The notes beneath the pieces were generated by a model. It saw nothing but the letters and a program-made list of their open reading frames with translations, made no database searches and was not told the origin of the DNA. A stretch of 64,000 nt of DNA from Dehalococcoidia bacterium (GTDB lineage Bacteria; Chloroflexota; Dehalococcoidia; Lucifugimonadales; UBA3495): assembly GCA_965243185.1 (NCBI GenBank), contig OZ251531.1:2214532-2278531 (forward strand). Reading direction: 5' to 3'. Shown here piece after piece: positions 55,400 through 64,000 of this stretch. Position 1 is the stretch's first letter; each line of letters starts with the position of its first letter. A program made the translations under genes and the position numbers.

Positions 55400-56160
55400 C
55401 GTCGAGGTCAGACCCGGCCCCTGGACGCAGGGACTTAAACGATTCGCTAGCTTACCGTTGCTTTACCGCCACAGCGCGCTGTGGGCGTCCGCCCAGCCCT
55501 AACCGGCAACGCGGCCGCCTCAACTCCTCCCCCGGGGAAAACGGCCCAGGAACCCGTATTCCCCAACCGGAGCGAACGGAAAACGGCAAATCCCAATCGC
55601 CGCCAAACCGCCGCCCCATCCTGATAGGAGTTCGAGCTTAGGGTTGACTGGAGCGTGGTCAACCAACGGTAGCCGGACTGGGCCAACCCGCCGGAATGGC
55701 CACCATACCAACCGGCGTCAGTAGCCAATTCAAGGTACAGCTGCCGTAATCGGCAGTCTGGTCGGGCATTACCGGAATGTGCAGCAAGGTATCCAACCGG
55801 CGTAGCAACCCAAATGACCAGCCTGCCAACCACCTTCCGCGACGGGCGGAACCCCTAGGTACCCAGGGGTTCCGCCAATACCGCTTTGCAATTTCTCCCC
55901 ATCCCCTTTCCCCCAACAACCGGCCGAAAAACACCGCCATCCCGGCCGTAACCGGAATGGCGGGCATCCATACTAAACGGTATGACCTCAGCCCAAATGC
56001 CGGATATTCTAATTCCGGTGCCGGGTTGTTTTGTAACCCATTGCGAACGGCACGAGGGAACCGTTGGCATAGTCCTCAGTCGCAAAATCGAGAGGTAGCA
56101 AGTGCCGGTCAACACCAGTTGGGGCCGGGAAAGAGTCAATGACTGGCCCCCTGTTACCAA
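55400..56160 (+). other. ORF-free, hairpin- and repeat-rich region (candidate large ncRNA or decayed element; strand uncertain)
   Basis: Only short overlapping ORFs in all six frames. 12-bp perfect stem at 55845-55876. ccggaatg...ccaaccggcgt units recur 81 nt apart (55691 and 55772). Confidence 0.3.
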
Positions 56161-56169
56161 CCTACGCTG

Positions 56170-56584
56170 CGGTTTCAGCCGGGGCTTATCGTACAGGAGT
56201 ATCTAATTCAGGCACTTAAAGAGCGTTACCCCCAACACCCGGTAGTCCAGATTAACGGCGGTATGTCCTTGGGCGAGAAGCGGCGAGGGCATTAACCTGC
56301 ACCAAAATTGCCATGTGCTGGTCAACTATGACTTGCCGTGGAACCCCAGCCGCTTGGTGCAAAGGGCCGGCCGGCTTTACCGCTATGGTCAGACCCAGCG
56401 GGTAATCGTCTTTAACCTGATGGCGGATGACGGGTTTGACAATCGGGCTATCAGCTTGATGTTGGAGCGGGTTGACCGGATTGCCGCCGCTCTGCGGCCG
56501 GTAAGCTCCGAGGTCACTTTCCAAAAGTTCGGCGACGCTGATGTAATCCTTTCCTGGAGGGCGTTCTGCCGTATAAAGGCGTAG
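56170..56584 (+). pseudogene. SNF2-family helicase C-terminal remnant (N-terminally truncated, internal deletion/frameshift near 56285)
   Basis: Frame 1 reads ...VQINGGMSLGEKRRGH*. The +1 frame continues GEGINLHQNCHVLVNYDLPWNPSRLVQRAGRLYRYGQ (helicase motifs V-VI). Confidence 0.7.
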
Positions 56585-56783
56585 AAATCAGGAACCGGTT
56601 GTACGGCGGCAAAGTGCTGGAACTGGAGTTGCCACATGATATGCGGGGAGCCTATTCGGAGTTTCCGGCCAGAGCAACGTTAGTTCGAGTGTCGGCAGAC
56701 CGGCAGTGTACTGCCCTGCGACCCTAACGACATCGTGCGTATGGCATCGGCAACCATCACTGCCCCTTAACTGGTTGCCCCCT

Positions 56784-56819
56784 AAGGAAAACCGGGGCCG
56801 GTGAAGTTGCCCGCCCCGG
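56784..56819 (-). terminator. Candidate rho-independent terminator
   Basis: On the minus strand, the CCGGGGC/GCCCCGG stem is followed by TTTTCCTT, 60 nt after the 56880 stop. Confidence 0.4.
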
Positions 56820-56879
56820 CATCATTATTTCCCGGCGCCGCTTCCGCGCCATCCGGGTTATTTGCTGACCGCCGCTCCG

Positions 56880-57719
56880 CTAATACCCGGCAAAGGCGGT
56901 GGTAAAGAGCAAGGCTTTTTCCAGCGGGCCGTCAATTTCCAGTTGGGCGGTGGCCGGCGCGCCGCCGCTGAGGTCGAGGCGGCCGTAGGTCAGCAGCACA
57001 TAGGCGCTGGCGTTGCCGCGAAAGGTTACATCGGCCGGCGTATCTGCTGCGTCCTCAATGGTGAAACTATCCCCAGCCAAGACCACATCTTGGCGGCGGG
57101 CGGCAGACCCGGAAACCTCAAAGCGGAAACGGGCCGATTCTGCCACCGGGGTAAAGCAGGCGTTCAGCCAACGGTGGGTCAGGGACATTATGGCGGCGGC
57201 CGCCCCCTCGGAGATTTCCGCCGCCGGGTCGAGGGCAGAACGCAAGTCCCAGCCGTGAATGGCGATTTCCTGAATGCGGCGGGCGATGTTTTCGTGGACG
57301 GGAATGATGCCGCGGCGGTGGAAAGAGGGCTTTCCCCAATCCTCCCCTTGCAGCGCGCCGGCGGCGGCCGCCAAGCGGCCGGAGGCGGCATCATAGGCCG
57401 CCAGCAGTTCCCGGGGCGTCTGCTCGCCCCGGTAGGCAATGGCCCGTTCCGCCGTCATTTGGGAGGCCCGCTCCCCGGCGTCAAGGAGCCGCTGCCCCGG
57501 CGGCGGGCTGGGGTCGCCGGCTTTAGCCCGGGTCAAAGCTACCGCCGCGCCGTCCGCGCCCTGGGTCAAATGGGCGACCACATCGGAGATAGTCCAGTCG
57601 GTGCAGGCGCTTTCCCGCGTCCACCAGTCCGCAGGAATAACCGACAGCGCCCCGCTCAGAAAGGCGGATTCGTGGCGCAGCAGGGCAATGGAGCTTTCCA
57701 TTTCCGGTAGTTCGGGCAT
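56880..57719 (-). CDS. DinB-like / mycothiol-maleylpyruvate-isomerase N-terminal-domain family protein
   Basis: N-terminal four-helix DinB-type segment with WTISDVVAHL. Start set at MPELPEM. Confidence 0.6.
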   Translation of the reverse strand: MPELPEMESSIALLRHESAFLSGALSVIPADWWTRESACTDWTISDVVAHLTQGADGAAVALTRAKAGDPSPPPGQRLLDAGERASQMTAERAIAYRGEQTPRELLAAYDAASGRLAAAAGALQGEDWGKPSFHRRGIIPVHENIARRIQEIAIHGWDLRSALDPAAEISEGAAAAIMSLTHRWLNACFTPVAESARFRFEVSGSAARRQDVVLAGDSFTIEDAADTPADVTFRGNASAYVLLTYGRLDLSGGAPATAQLEIDGPLEKALLFTTAFAGY

Positions 57720-57724
57720 TGTTT

Positions 57725-58630
57725 TTACTCCTTTGTTGATTTCGTTTGTTCCTGTACCCACTGCCAGGTTGCCGTCAAACCGGCGCGCAAATCCACTTCC
57801 GGCTGCCAGTCCAGGCATTGTTTAGCCCGGCGGATGTCCGGGCGGCGCTGTCGAGGTTCGCCGGCCCGGGGCGGCAGCCAAGCAATTTCCGCCGTTATGC
57901 CGGTTACTTCCTGGAGCCGGGCTACCAGTTCCAAGATGGTCAGTTCGGCGGGATTGCCCAGGTTGACCGGTTCGCTTACTTCCGAGTTCATCAGCTTAAT
58001 CAGCCCGCGTACCAAGTCAGAAATGTAGCAGAAGGAGCGGGTTTGCGTACCAGGCGGCACCAGCGGCAGGGGTTGGCCTTTGACCAAGGCATCCATAAAG
58101 GCGGGAATGACCCGCCCGTCATCCAGCCGCATCCCCGGCCCGTAGGTGTTGAAAATGCGGGCGGTGCGGGTTTCAATGCGGTGGGAAACCAGGGTAAGCA
58201 GCGTTTCGGCGGCCCGCTTGCCTTCGTCGTAGCAGGCCCGGGGGCCACGGCAGTCCACATTGCCCCAATAATCCTCCCGCTGCGGATGCTCCAAAGGGTC
58301 GCCGTAAATCTCCGAAGTGGAAGCCAGCAGCAGGCGGGCTTGCTTGCGGTCGGCTAACTCGGTCAGCAGCCGGGTGCCGAATACGGCGGCGTTGAAAGTG
58401 TCGAGGGGGTCGCGGCTATATTCAACCGGGGAAGCCGGACAAGCCAGATGATAAATCTGTTCGACCGGCCCCATTCCATCAAAATCGGCGATGGCGGCTT
58501 GGGTCAAATCCAGTTGCCAATCCCCGCCGGGGCGGCGGTCGAGGGCAATAACCGACTGACCGCCCGCCCGCAGGGCATTTACCAGGTGCTGGCCGATAAA
58601 GCCGGCGGCGCCGGTTACCAGGAGGGACAT
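57725..58630 (-). CDS. UDP-glucuronate decarboxylase (UDP-xylose synthase)-type SDR
   Basis: VTGAAGFIG Rossmann motif and catalytic YDEGKR; 301 aa. Confidence 0.8.
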   Translation of the reverse strand: MSLLVTGAAGFIGQHLVNALRAGGQSVIALDRRPGGDWQLDLTQAAIADFDGMGPVEQIYHLACPASPVEYSRDPLDTFNAAVFGTRLLTELADRKQARLLLASTSEIYGDPLEHPQREDYWGNVDCRGPRACYDEGKRAAETLLTLVSHRIETRTARIFNTYGPGMRLDDGRVIPAFMDALVKGQPLPLVPPGTQTRSFCYISDLVRGLIKLMNSEVSEPVNLGNPAELTILELVARLQEVTGITAEIAWLPPRAGEPRQRRPDIRRAKQCLDWQPEVDLRAGLTATWQWVQEQTKSTKE

Positions 58631-58750
58631 GGGGGCTTCCTTTCGGCAGGCATCGGCGGAATTGTAGCAGGGGCGGGTAAGAGTGTCAAAAGATGGCGGT
58701 CAAGGGGGCACTGTTTCAGAAAGGGAATTATATGCCCGCGGAAAGCCTGA

Positions 58751-59332
58751 CTACTCCCGCCGTTTCCGCACCACATAAGTGCCGCCGATGTGGTCGTGCC
58801 AGCCCCGCTTTTCCTTGTCCCAGCCGACCCACAAGTAGCCCAAGTACAAGGCGATGTTGGAAAGGAACTTGCCGACGGTTTCCCGCAGCAGAACCGAGCC
58901 GAATCTCGGGGTATTGCCGCCCCGGTTCACTACTTGGATGCCCACAGCCATTTTACCGGGGGTCTGACCCTTAGTCGTGATGAAAGCGACATGGTAAATC
59001 CAAGGGCTGGCGATCAAGATGATCAAGAATGCCACGCCCAGACCGATACCGACCGAACCGAAAGATGTAAAAATTCCTCCCAGCAACGTGAACCACAACA
59101 ACAGGAGCAACAGGGAAGTGACGCTAAGCAGGATAGCGTCAATCAAGGCTGCCGCAACCCGAATCCAGAAGCCCATATACTCGCCGTCGACCAGGTCAGG
59201 CAGCCCCGGGACATAGCCCGGGCCGCCGCCGGGAGATGACGCTCCGCAGTTGGAGCAGAAGGGCGTACCCGGTTCCTGTTCCCGGCCGCAGGTGGCGCAG
59301 GAAGTTCCGTTGGCTCTCGGGCGGTAGTCCAT
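58751..59332 (-). CDS. RDD-family membrane protein with an N-terminal zinc ribbon
   Basis: CATCG...CSNCG ribbon followed by an RDD-type TM domain (GFWIRVAAALIDAI ... GWHDHIGGTYVV). AGGAGA RBS. Confidence 0.7.
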   Translation of the reverse strand: MDYRPRANGTSCATCGREQEPGTPFCSNCGASSPGGGPGYVPGLPDLVDGEYMGFWIRVAAALIDAILLSVTSLLLLLLWFTLLGGIFTSFGSVGIGLGVAFLIILIASPWIYHVAFITTKGQTPGKMAVGIQVVNRGGNTPRFGSVLLRETVGKFLSNIALYLGYLWVGWDKEKRGWHDHIGGTYVVRKRRE

Positions 59333-59526
59333 TGACTTTCTCCTGTGGCGGCTAGTTTTAGTAATGGCTGGCGGCCCGGTTCGAGTCCCGCTGTGCCAAG
59401 AACCATACCACCGCCCCACCGCCTTCGCAAGATGGATTTCCTCTGCTACTAAAGTGTCAAAAAGCGGCGGACGAGGGGGGTGCCGGAGCCGGCGGCAAAG
59501 GGCGCAAGCGGTCACCGCAGTATCCG

Positions 59527-59730
59527 CTATTCCCGGTAAAACGCCCGCAGAAACAAGCCGGACAGGAAAAATGCCAAGCTAATCCCCAACAGCCAGTAGT
59601 TAAAGCCGAAGGAGGGCATAGTCGGAACTGACCGCACAAAGAATAAGGCCGCTATCCCCAGACAAGAAGTGCCAATGTCCGGGAAAGTCAGCCGCATTCC
59701 ATCGTAGAAACGCCGGAACAAGTCGCCCAC
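59527..59730 (-). CDS. Small hypothetical membrane protein
   Basis: 67 aa with two hydrophobic segments. GTG start 8 nt after AAGGAG, directly after the upstream stop. Confidence 0.4.
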   Translation of the reverse strand: MGDLFRRFYDGMRLTFPDIGTSCLGIAALFFVRSVPTMPSFGFNYWLLGISLAFFLSGLFLRAFYRE

Positions 59731-59732
59731 GC

Positions 59733-59954
59733 TTACGGCTCCTTCTTGAACACCGCCAGCAACAAGCCAGCGCCGGTAACGCCGATGGACAGAGCAACTA
59801 CGGTGTAGGCGCCGTACAGCGAATCCTTCAGGGAGGGGTACTGCTCGACATTCAGCGCACCCCAATTCAATTGATGCCCCAGCACCAGCATCCAGCACAG
59901 GGCAATAAGGGCAACTACCAACAGGATGATGAACTTTTGCAGGAAAGTCCGCAT
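59733..59954 (-). CDS. Small hypothetical membrane protein
   Basis: 73 aa with two clear TM helices (FIILLVVALIALCWMLVL and VVALSIGVTGAGLLLAVF). Confidence 0.5.
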   Translation of the reverse strand: MRTFLQKFIILLVVALIALCWMLVLGHQLNWGALNVEQYPSLKDSLYGAYTVVALSIGVTGAGLLLAVFKKEP

Positions 59955-60105
59955 AAGACCACTTCCTCAACCGGCCGGCTGATTATCGGGCGGGTTGAGT
60001 TGATTATAACAGATTGCCGGTAAAGGCAACCCGGCCCATTCCGCAACAGTATGCGGAATGGGCGGATTTTTACGGGACGGGACGGTTTGGATGGACGCTC
60101 GACCT

Positions 60106-61776
60106 CTACCCGCCCGTGCGCCGGTTAATCATCGCCGCGGCCAGGGGGCTGGCCCCGGAGCGGACGACCACATTGACCAGAGACGGGCGGCCGGAGTTGA
60201 TGGCCCGTTCCACCGCTGGGGCTACTTCGGCCGGCTTTTCCACATATTCGGCATAGCCGCCGATTGCAGCGACTACCTGGTCGTAGCGGATAAAGCGCAG
60301 GTCAGTGCCTACTGCCCGCCCGTAATACGCCACTTGAAAGGTCTTGTCAATGCCCCAAGTGGCATCGTTGCCCATTACGGTGGTGATGGGCAGGTTGTGG
60401 CGGATGCAGGTATCGTATTCCATCGGGTAAAAGCCAAAGGAACCGTCGCCGCAGAACACCAGTACCTTGCTTTCCGGGTGGGCCAACTTGGCCGCCATTC
60501 CGTAGGGGATGCCGCCGCCCAAGTGTCCCAACGGCCCCAAACGCAGGAATCGCCCCGGCTTACGGGCGCTGAAATAGGAACGACCCCACTGCACATAGTC
60601 GCCGCCGTCCAGGATGATGAAAGTATCATCGTCAATCAGCGGCTCAATGCCGGTGAACACATCGACCGGGTGCATCGGTTCCGCGCCGGTGGCGTTGGCG
60701 CGCATCTGCTCGAGCCAGGCCGCCCGGTCCTGGTTCAGTTGGGCTACCCAAGGGGATAGATCGGACTTGCCGCCGCGCCCGGCGGCCGCGGTCAGCTGTT
60801 CGGCAATGGCCCCCAAATCGCCCAACAAGCCGACGGCTACGCCCCGGTTGCGGCCGATTTCCGCCGGGGCCGGGTCGGCTTGGATCAGCTGGGCATCCGG
60901 GCTGAAAATCTGACCGTAGCGATAGCGATGGTCTAACCGCTTGCCCAGCAGCAGTACCACATCCGCCTCCCGGAACCGGCGGGCCGCGCCATTCAGCGCG
61001 CCGTCAGCGTAGCCGAAACAGAGGGGATGTTCGTCATCAATCATCCCCCGGGCTTGCTCCACAGTAAAAGCCGGTATGCCGGTGGCTTCGACCAGGGCGG
61101 TCAACTGCTCTTGGGTAGCGGTGTAGCGGGCCGGGTTGCCGACGATGATGACCGGCCGCCGGGCTTGCCGCAGCAGGTCGGCGGCTTGCTGAATCAGGGT
61201 CGGGTCGCCTTGAGCTTTGCCCATATTGCGGTATTCCTGCGGCAGGTAGGGCGGCAGTTCCTCCTCGGCGATGGGCTGGTCCTGGATGTCGATGGGCAGG
61301 GTGAGATGCACCGGGCCAGGGCGGCCGGACATTGCGGTGCGAAAGGCGGTGGCGATAAACTCCGGGATGCGCTTGCGGTCGTGAATCAGCCAGGAGCCTT
61401 TGGTGACCGGGGCGGTCATCCCTACCTGGTCCACTTCCTGAAAGGTGGTCATACCCTTTTCCGGCAGTTCGGCGCAGCCGGCGACAAAGATGACCGGGCT
61501 TTCCGAGGTGTAAATGGCCGGCAAGCCGGAGATGGCGTTGGAAAAGCCGGGGCCGCCGGTGAACATTGCCACGGCCGGCTCTCCGGTGATGCGGGCGTAG
61601 CCGTCAGCCATATGCATCGCCGCCCCTTCGTGGCGGGTGTCGATGAACTCGATGCCTTCGTCGGCCGCCGCGTCCACCAGGGGCAGGATGGTATCGCCGA
61701 CGATGGTGAACACCCGCTTGACGCCTTCCTGTTTCAGACAGCGGATGAAAAGATGGCCTCCGTTCAGGTTGGGCAT
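60106..61776 (-). CDS. Thiamine-pyrophosphate enzyme (acetolactate synthase large-subunit-like)
   Basis: N-terminal TPP-pyrimidine domain (HEGAAMHMADGYAR) and C-terminal GDGSFGF TPP-binding motif. Confidence 0.85.
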   Translation of the reverse strand: MPNLNGGHLFIRCLKQEGVKRVFTIVGDTILPLVDAAADEGIEFIDTRHEGAAMHMADGYARITGEPAVAMFTGGPGFSNAISGLPAIYTSESPVIFVAGCAELPEKGMTTFQEVDQVGMTAPVTKGSWLIHDRKRIPEFIATAFRTAMSGRPGPVHLTLPIDIQDQPIAEEELPPYLPQEYRNMGKAQGDPTLIQQAADLLRQARRPVIIVGNPARYTATQEQLTALVEATGIPAFTVEQARGMIDDEHPLCFGYADGALNGAARRFREADVVLLLGKRLDHRYRYGQIFSPDAQLIQADPAPAEIGRNRGVAVGLLGDLGAIAEQLTAAAGRGGKSDLSPWVAQLNQDRAAWLEQMRANATGAEPMHPVDVFTGIEPLIDDDTFIILDGGDYVQWGRSYFSARKPGRFLRLGPLGHLGGGIPYGMAAKLAHPESKVLVFCGDGSFGFYPMEYDTCIRHNLPITTVMGNDATWGIDKTFQVAYYGRAVGTDLRFIRYDQVVAAIGGYAEYVEKPAEVAPAVERAINSGRPSLVNVVVRSGASPLAAAMINRRTGG

Positions 61777-61941
61777 AACTTCTCCTTTTGCGGTGGGGGG
61801 ATAATCGGCCCCGGTTTTGCCCTACAGATTACCTTGACGGCGGGTTTTAGGCAAGGGCGGGCGGCGCTGGTTTCCTGTCCCGGATAGCGATGTCGGTAGA
61901 ATCCGGTCAGCGGCGGGAGGCAAGGCCGGGCATAGGGGGTG

Positions 61942-61950
61942 TGTTATAAT
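61942..61950 (+). promoter_or_regulatory. Extended -10 promoter TGTTATAAT, leaderless start
   Basis: tgttataat lies 8 nt before ATG 61959. Confidence 0.45.
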
Positions 61951-61958
61951 GCGGCACT

Positions 61959-64000
61959 ATGCTGCCATCCTTGCCCCAACCGGTCGCAGACTTCTGCCGG
62001 GCTGCGCTTAACTTGCTGCCAACCCGCGGTTGGGCTTGGTTAGTCTGCGCTATGTTTGCACTGGCCGGCGCGGCTTTGGTCGACGATTACGGGGTGTCCG
62101 TGGACGAATGGGCGCAGCGTAACGTTGCCATTAGAAACCTGAACATTATTCGGCAAGGCGGCGCGTTGCCGTTTACCCGAGACGAAGCTTTTAACTGGGA
62201 AACTGTGACCAGAGCTTATGGGGCTACAGTTGAGTTGCCCTTGTTGCTGGTTGAGCGCGTCTTGAGATTAGAGGATACTCGCCAAATCCACCTCAGCCGC
62301 CACATTCTGTTGCACTTTTTCTTTATTATTGGCGGCTTTTTCTGCTACCTGCTGGTGTACCGATTATTCAATAATCGGCTGCTGGCGTTGCTGGCCTTGC
62401 TGCTGTTTCTGCTGCACCCCCGGCTGTACGCCCATTCTTTCTTTAACTCCAAAGATTTGCCCTTCGTCAGTATGTTTATGATTGCCCTGTTTCTGATACA
62501 CCGGGCCTTCCGGAAAGACACGGTTGGAGCCTTTGTGCTTTGCGGTGTGGCAGTGGGGCTATTGACCACCGCTCGGATTATGGGATTGATACTGCTCGTC
62601 GCCGTTATCGCAATGCGGGGTTGGGATTTACTCTTTGCTGCCGGGGTAGTAGAACGCCGCCGCGTTTTGCTGACCGCTGGGTTGTTTTTACTGGCGGGCG
62701 GCTTGGCTTATTATGTCGCCACCCCGTATCTTTGGCGCGACCCCTCATCAATAGCGCGGATACTTACGGCGCTTTTCCAATTTCCCGCGATTATAGGGCA
62801 GGTATTCCAAGGCGAGCTTATCCTTTCTACGGAAGCCCCGCCCCGTTACCTCCCGGTTTGGATTGCCATTACCACCCCTCCGGTTGTCCTGCTGACAGCA
62901 CTGATTGGAGCGGCGGCTGTTCTAGCGCGCGGCATCAGTAGTCCCCTTGCGATTTTCCGCAACGGCGACTTGCGCTTTGGCTTCCTCTTGCTGGCCGGCG
63001 GCGCGTTGCCGGTGCTGGCGATTGCCCTAGCTGGTTCCTCCGTTCACAACGGCTGGCGGTTGGTATTTTTTCTCTATGCCCCCCTATGCCTGCTGGCGGT
63101 GTTTGGAATAAGTTGGCTGGTGGCCAACTTAAACCGTAAAGCTCTGCGAACCGGCGTCTATGGCTTGGGCGGCGTCGGCTTGGCTCTGGTCGTCCTGCAG
63201 ATGGTGCAACTGCACCCCAGCCAGCAAGTCTATTTCAACTTGCTGGTGGACCGTACAACCCCGGAATATCTGCGCTCCCGGTACGATTTGGACTATTGGG
63301 GGCTGTCCTACCGGGCAAGCCTGGAATGTTTGTTGAAGGAATACCCGGATTTGCCGCTCTATTTGGAAGGGCTGGGGCGAAACGACTTGAAGCGAAACCG
63401 GGAAATCCTGCCGCTGGCCGACCGGCAGCGGATATTTATTCGCGGTGAAAATGTCGGTTTTGCGCTGCCCGGTTATTACGCCGGCGGCTGGCAACGGGAA
63501 TTGCCGGCCACGGCCAAGTGCGTCGTTCAAGCGTATGGCAACACCCTGATGGCAGCGGAGCCGACCGAGCCGAGCCGCCCTTATACCGACCTGGCAGCCG
63601 AGTACCGGCAGACCACCCAAGCAGTTTATCAGTCCCTAGCCGCCGACCATCCGGATGCTCGCGCTGATTTTGACCTGTACCTGCGGGAGCAGACCCTGCA
63701 TTATCTGAAGGAGCAATGCCGCCCGGCGGATACTGAGACCAAATTTTCTTTGCACATCATCCCCACTAACCAATCCGACTTGCACCCTGAACGGCGTCAG
63801 TATCGCTTTGACAATCGGGACTTCTATTTCTACCGCAATGGCGCGAGACTGGACGGAGTATGCTTGGCGACGGTTCCCCTGCCGGATTATCCCATTGACG
63901 AAATCCGCACCGGCCAGGGCGACCGGTGGCGGGTCCGTCTGCCGCTGGGACTAGCTGAACGCCGTCAAGCGACCTGGCAGGAACTGACCCGCGGCAAACC
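61959..64000 (+). CDS. GT-C fold (GT39/ArnT-like) membrane glycosyltransferase, 3' end outside the window
   Basis: My own translation from ATG 61959 runs stop-free to the window end (680 codons). It is absent from the track because it has no stop. Polytopic; DDYGVSVDE loop and FFNSKDLPF motif. Confidence 0.7.
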   Translation, partial: MLPSLPQPVADFCRAALNLLPTRGWAWLVCAMFALAGAALVDDYGVSVDEWAQRNVAIRNLNIIRQGGALPFTRDEAFNWETVTRAYGATVELPLLLVERVLRLEDTRQIHLSRHILLHFFFIIGGFFCYLLVYRLFNNRLLALLALLLFLLHPRLYAHSFFNSKDLPFVSMFMIALFLIHRAFRKDTVGAFVLCGVAVGLLTTARIMGLILLVAVIAMRGWDLLFAAGVVERRRVLLTAGLFLLAGGLAYYVATPYLWRDPSSIARILTALFQFPAIIGQVFQGELILSTEAPPRYLPVWIAITTPPVVLLTALIGAAAVLARGISSPLAIFRNGDLRFGFLLLAGGALPVLAIALAGSSVHNGWRLVFFLYAPLCLLAVFGISWLVANLNRKALRTGVYGLGGVGLALVVLQMVQLHPSQQVYFNLLVDRTTPEYLRSRYDLDYWGLSYRASLECLLKEYPDLPLYLEGLGRNDLKRNREILPLADRQRIFIRGENVGFALPGYYAGGWQRELPATAKCVVQAYGNTLMAAEPTEPSRPYTDLAAEYRQTTQAVYQSLAADHPDARADFDLYLREQTLHYLKEQCRPADTETKFSLHIIPTNQSDLHPERRQYRFDNRDFYFYRNGARLDGVCLATVPLPDYPIDEIRTGQGDRWRVRLPLGLAERRQATWQELTRGK

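Noticed and set aside
55400-56160. RNase P RNA, tmRNA, SRP RNA or group II intron
   Set aside because: None of the signature strings were found on either strand: GGAAAGUCCGG for RNase P, a tag ORF plus tRNA-like 3' end for tmRNA, or 5' GUGYG and a domain V hairpin for a group II intron.
59360-59400. tRNA-like T-loop (GGTTCGAGTCCCGC)
   Set aside because: The flanking bases cannot form a T-stem (CCCGG versus CCCGC) or an acceptor stem, and no anticodon arm could be drawn.

Overview
High-GC (~63%) bacterial chromosome segment. Gene content points to Chloroflexota: a Chlor_Arch_YYY / TIGR03663 membrane-protein pair, AddAB/AdnAB-type nucleases, and many TGnTATAAT promoters with leaderless starts. 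Most of the window is housekeeping: dapB; a PHP-DinG-OGGx3 repair operon; cca, rnc and ftsY; a glycosyltransferase-like membrane cluster; mutS...mutL; FNR plus a NuoEFG-like module; AddB/AddA; a complete F1Fo ATP synthase operon; HEAT and PPOX genes; UDP-xylose synthase; a TPP enzyme; and a 3'-open GT-C glycosyltransferase. The main second-look items are listed here. (1) Three thiol-oxidoreductase genes (two DsbA-like, one ArsC/Spx-like) are each interrupted by one in-frame TGA exactly at the first Cys of the CxxC motif. Each has a good RBS/start upstream and a hand-foldable hairpin 11-16 nt downstream, so they are candidate selenoproteins. (2) A lower-GC two-gene PRTase + DprA-like cassette with ShosTA / DprA-PRTase architecture and its own promoter lies between atpD and atpC. 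(3) A repeated ~140-nt element with 22-bp terminal inverted repeats, plus a ~53-nt companion unit, occurs twice in the same order and orientation directly upstream of two DNA-repair operons. A third, inverted companion unit sits at the window edge. (4) There are three tandem OGG1-type glycosylase paralogs, and the middle one lacks the catalytic Lys. (5) A ~1.2-kb ORF-free, hairpin- and repeat-rich region with a consensus promoter sits next to a decayed SNF2 helicase gene. (6) atpB is split by a 1-nt frameshift in a G-run. All calls come from reading the sequence and ORF translations only. No database search or RNA folding was run, and start codons are best guesses.
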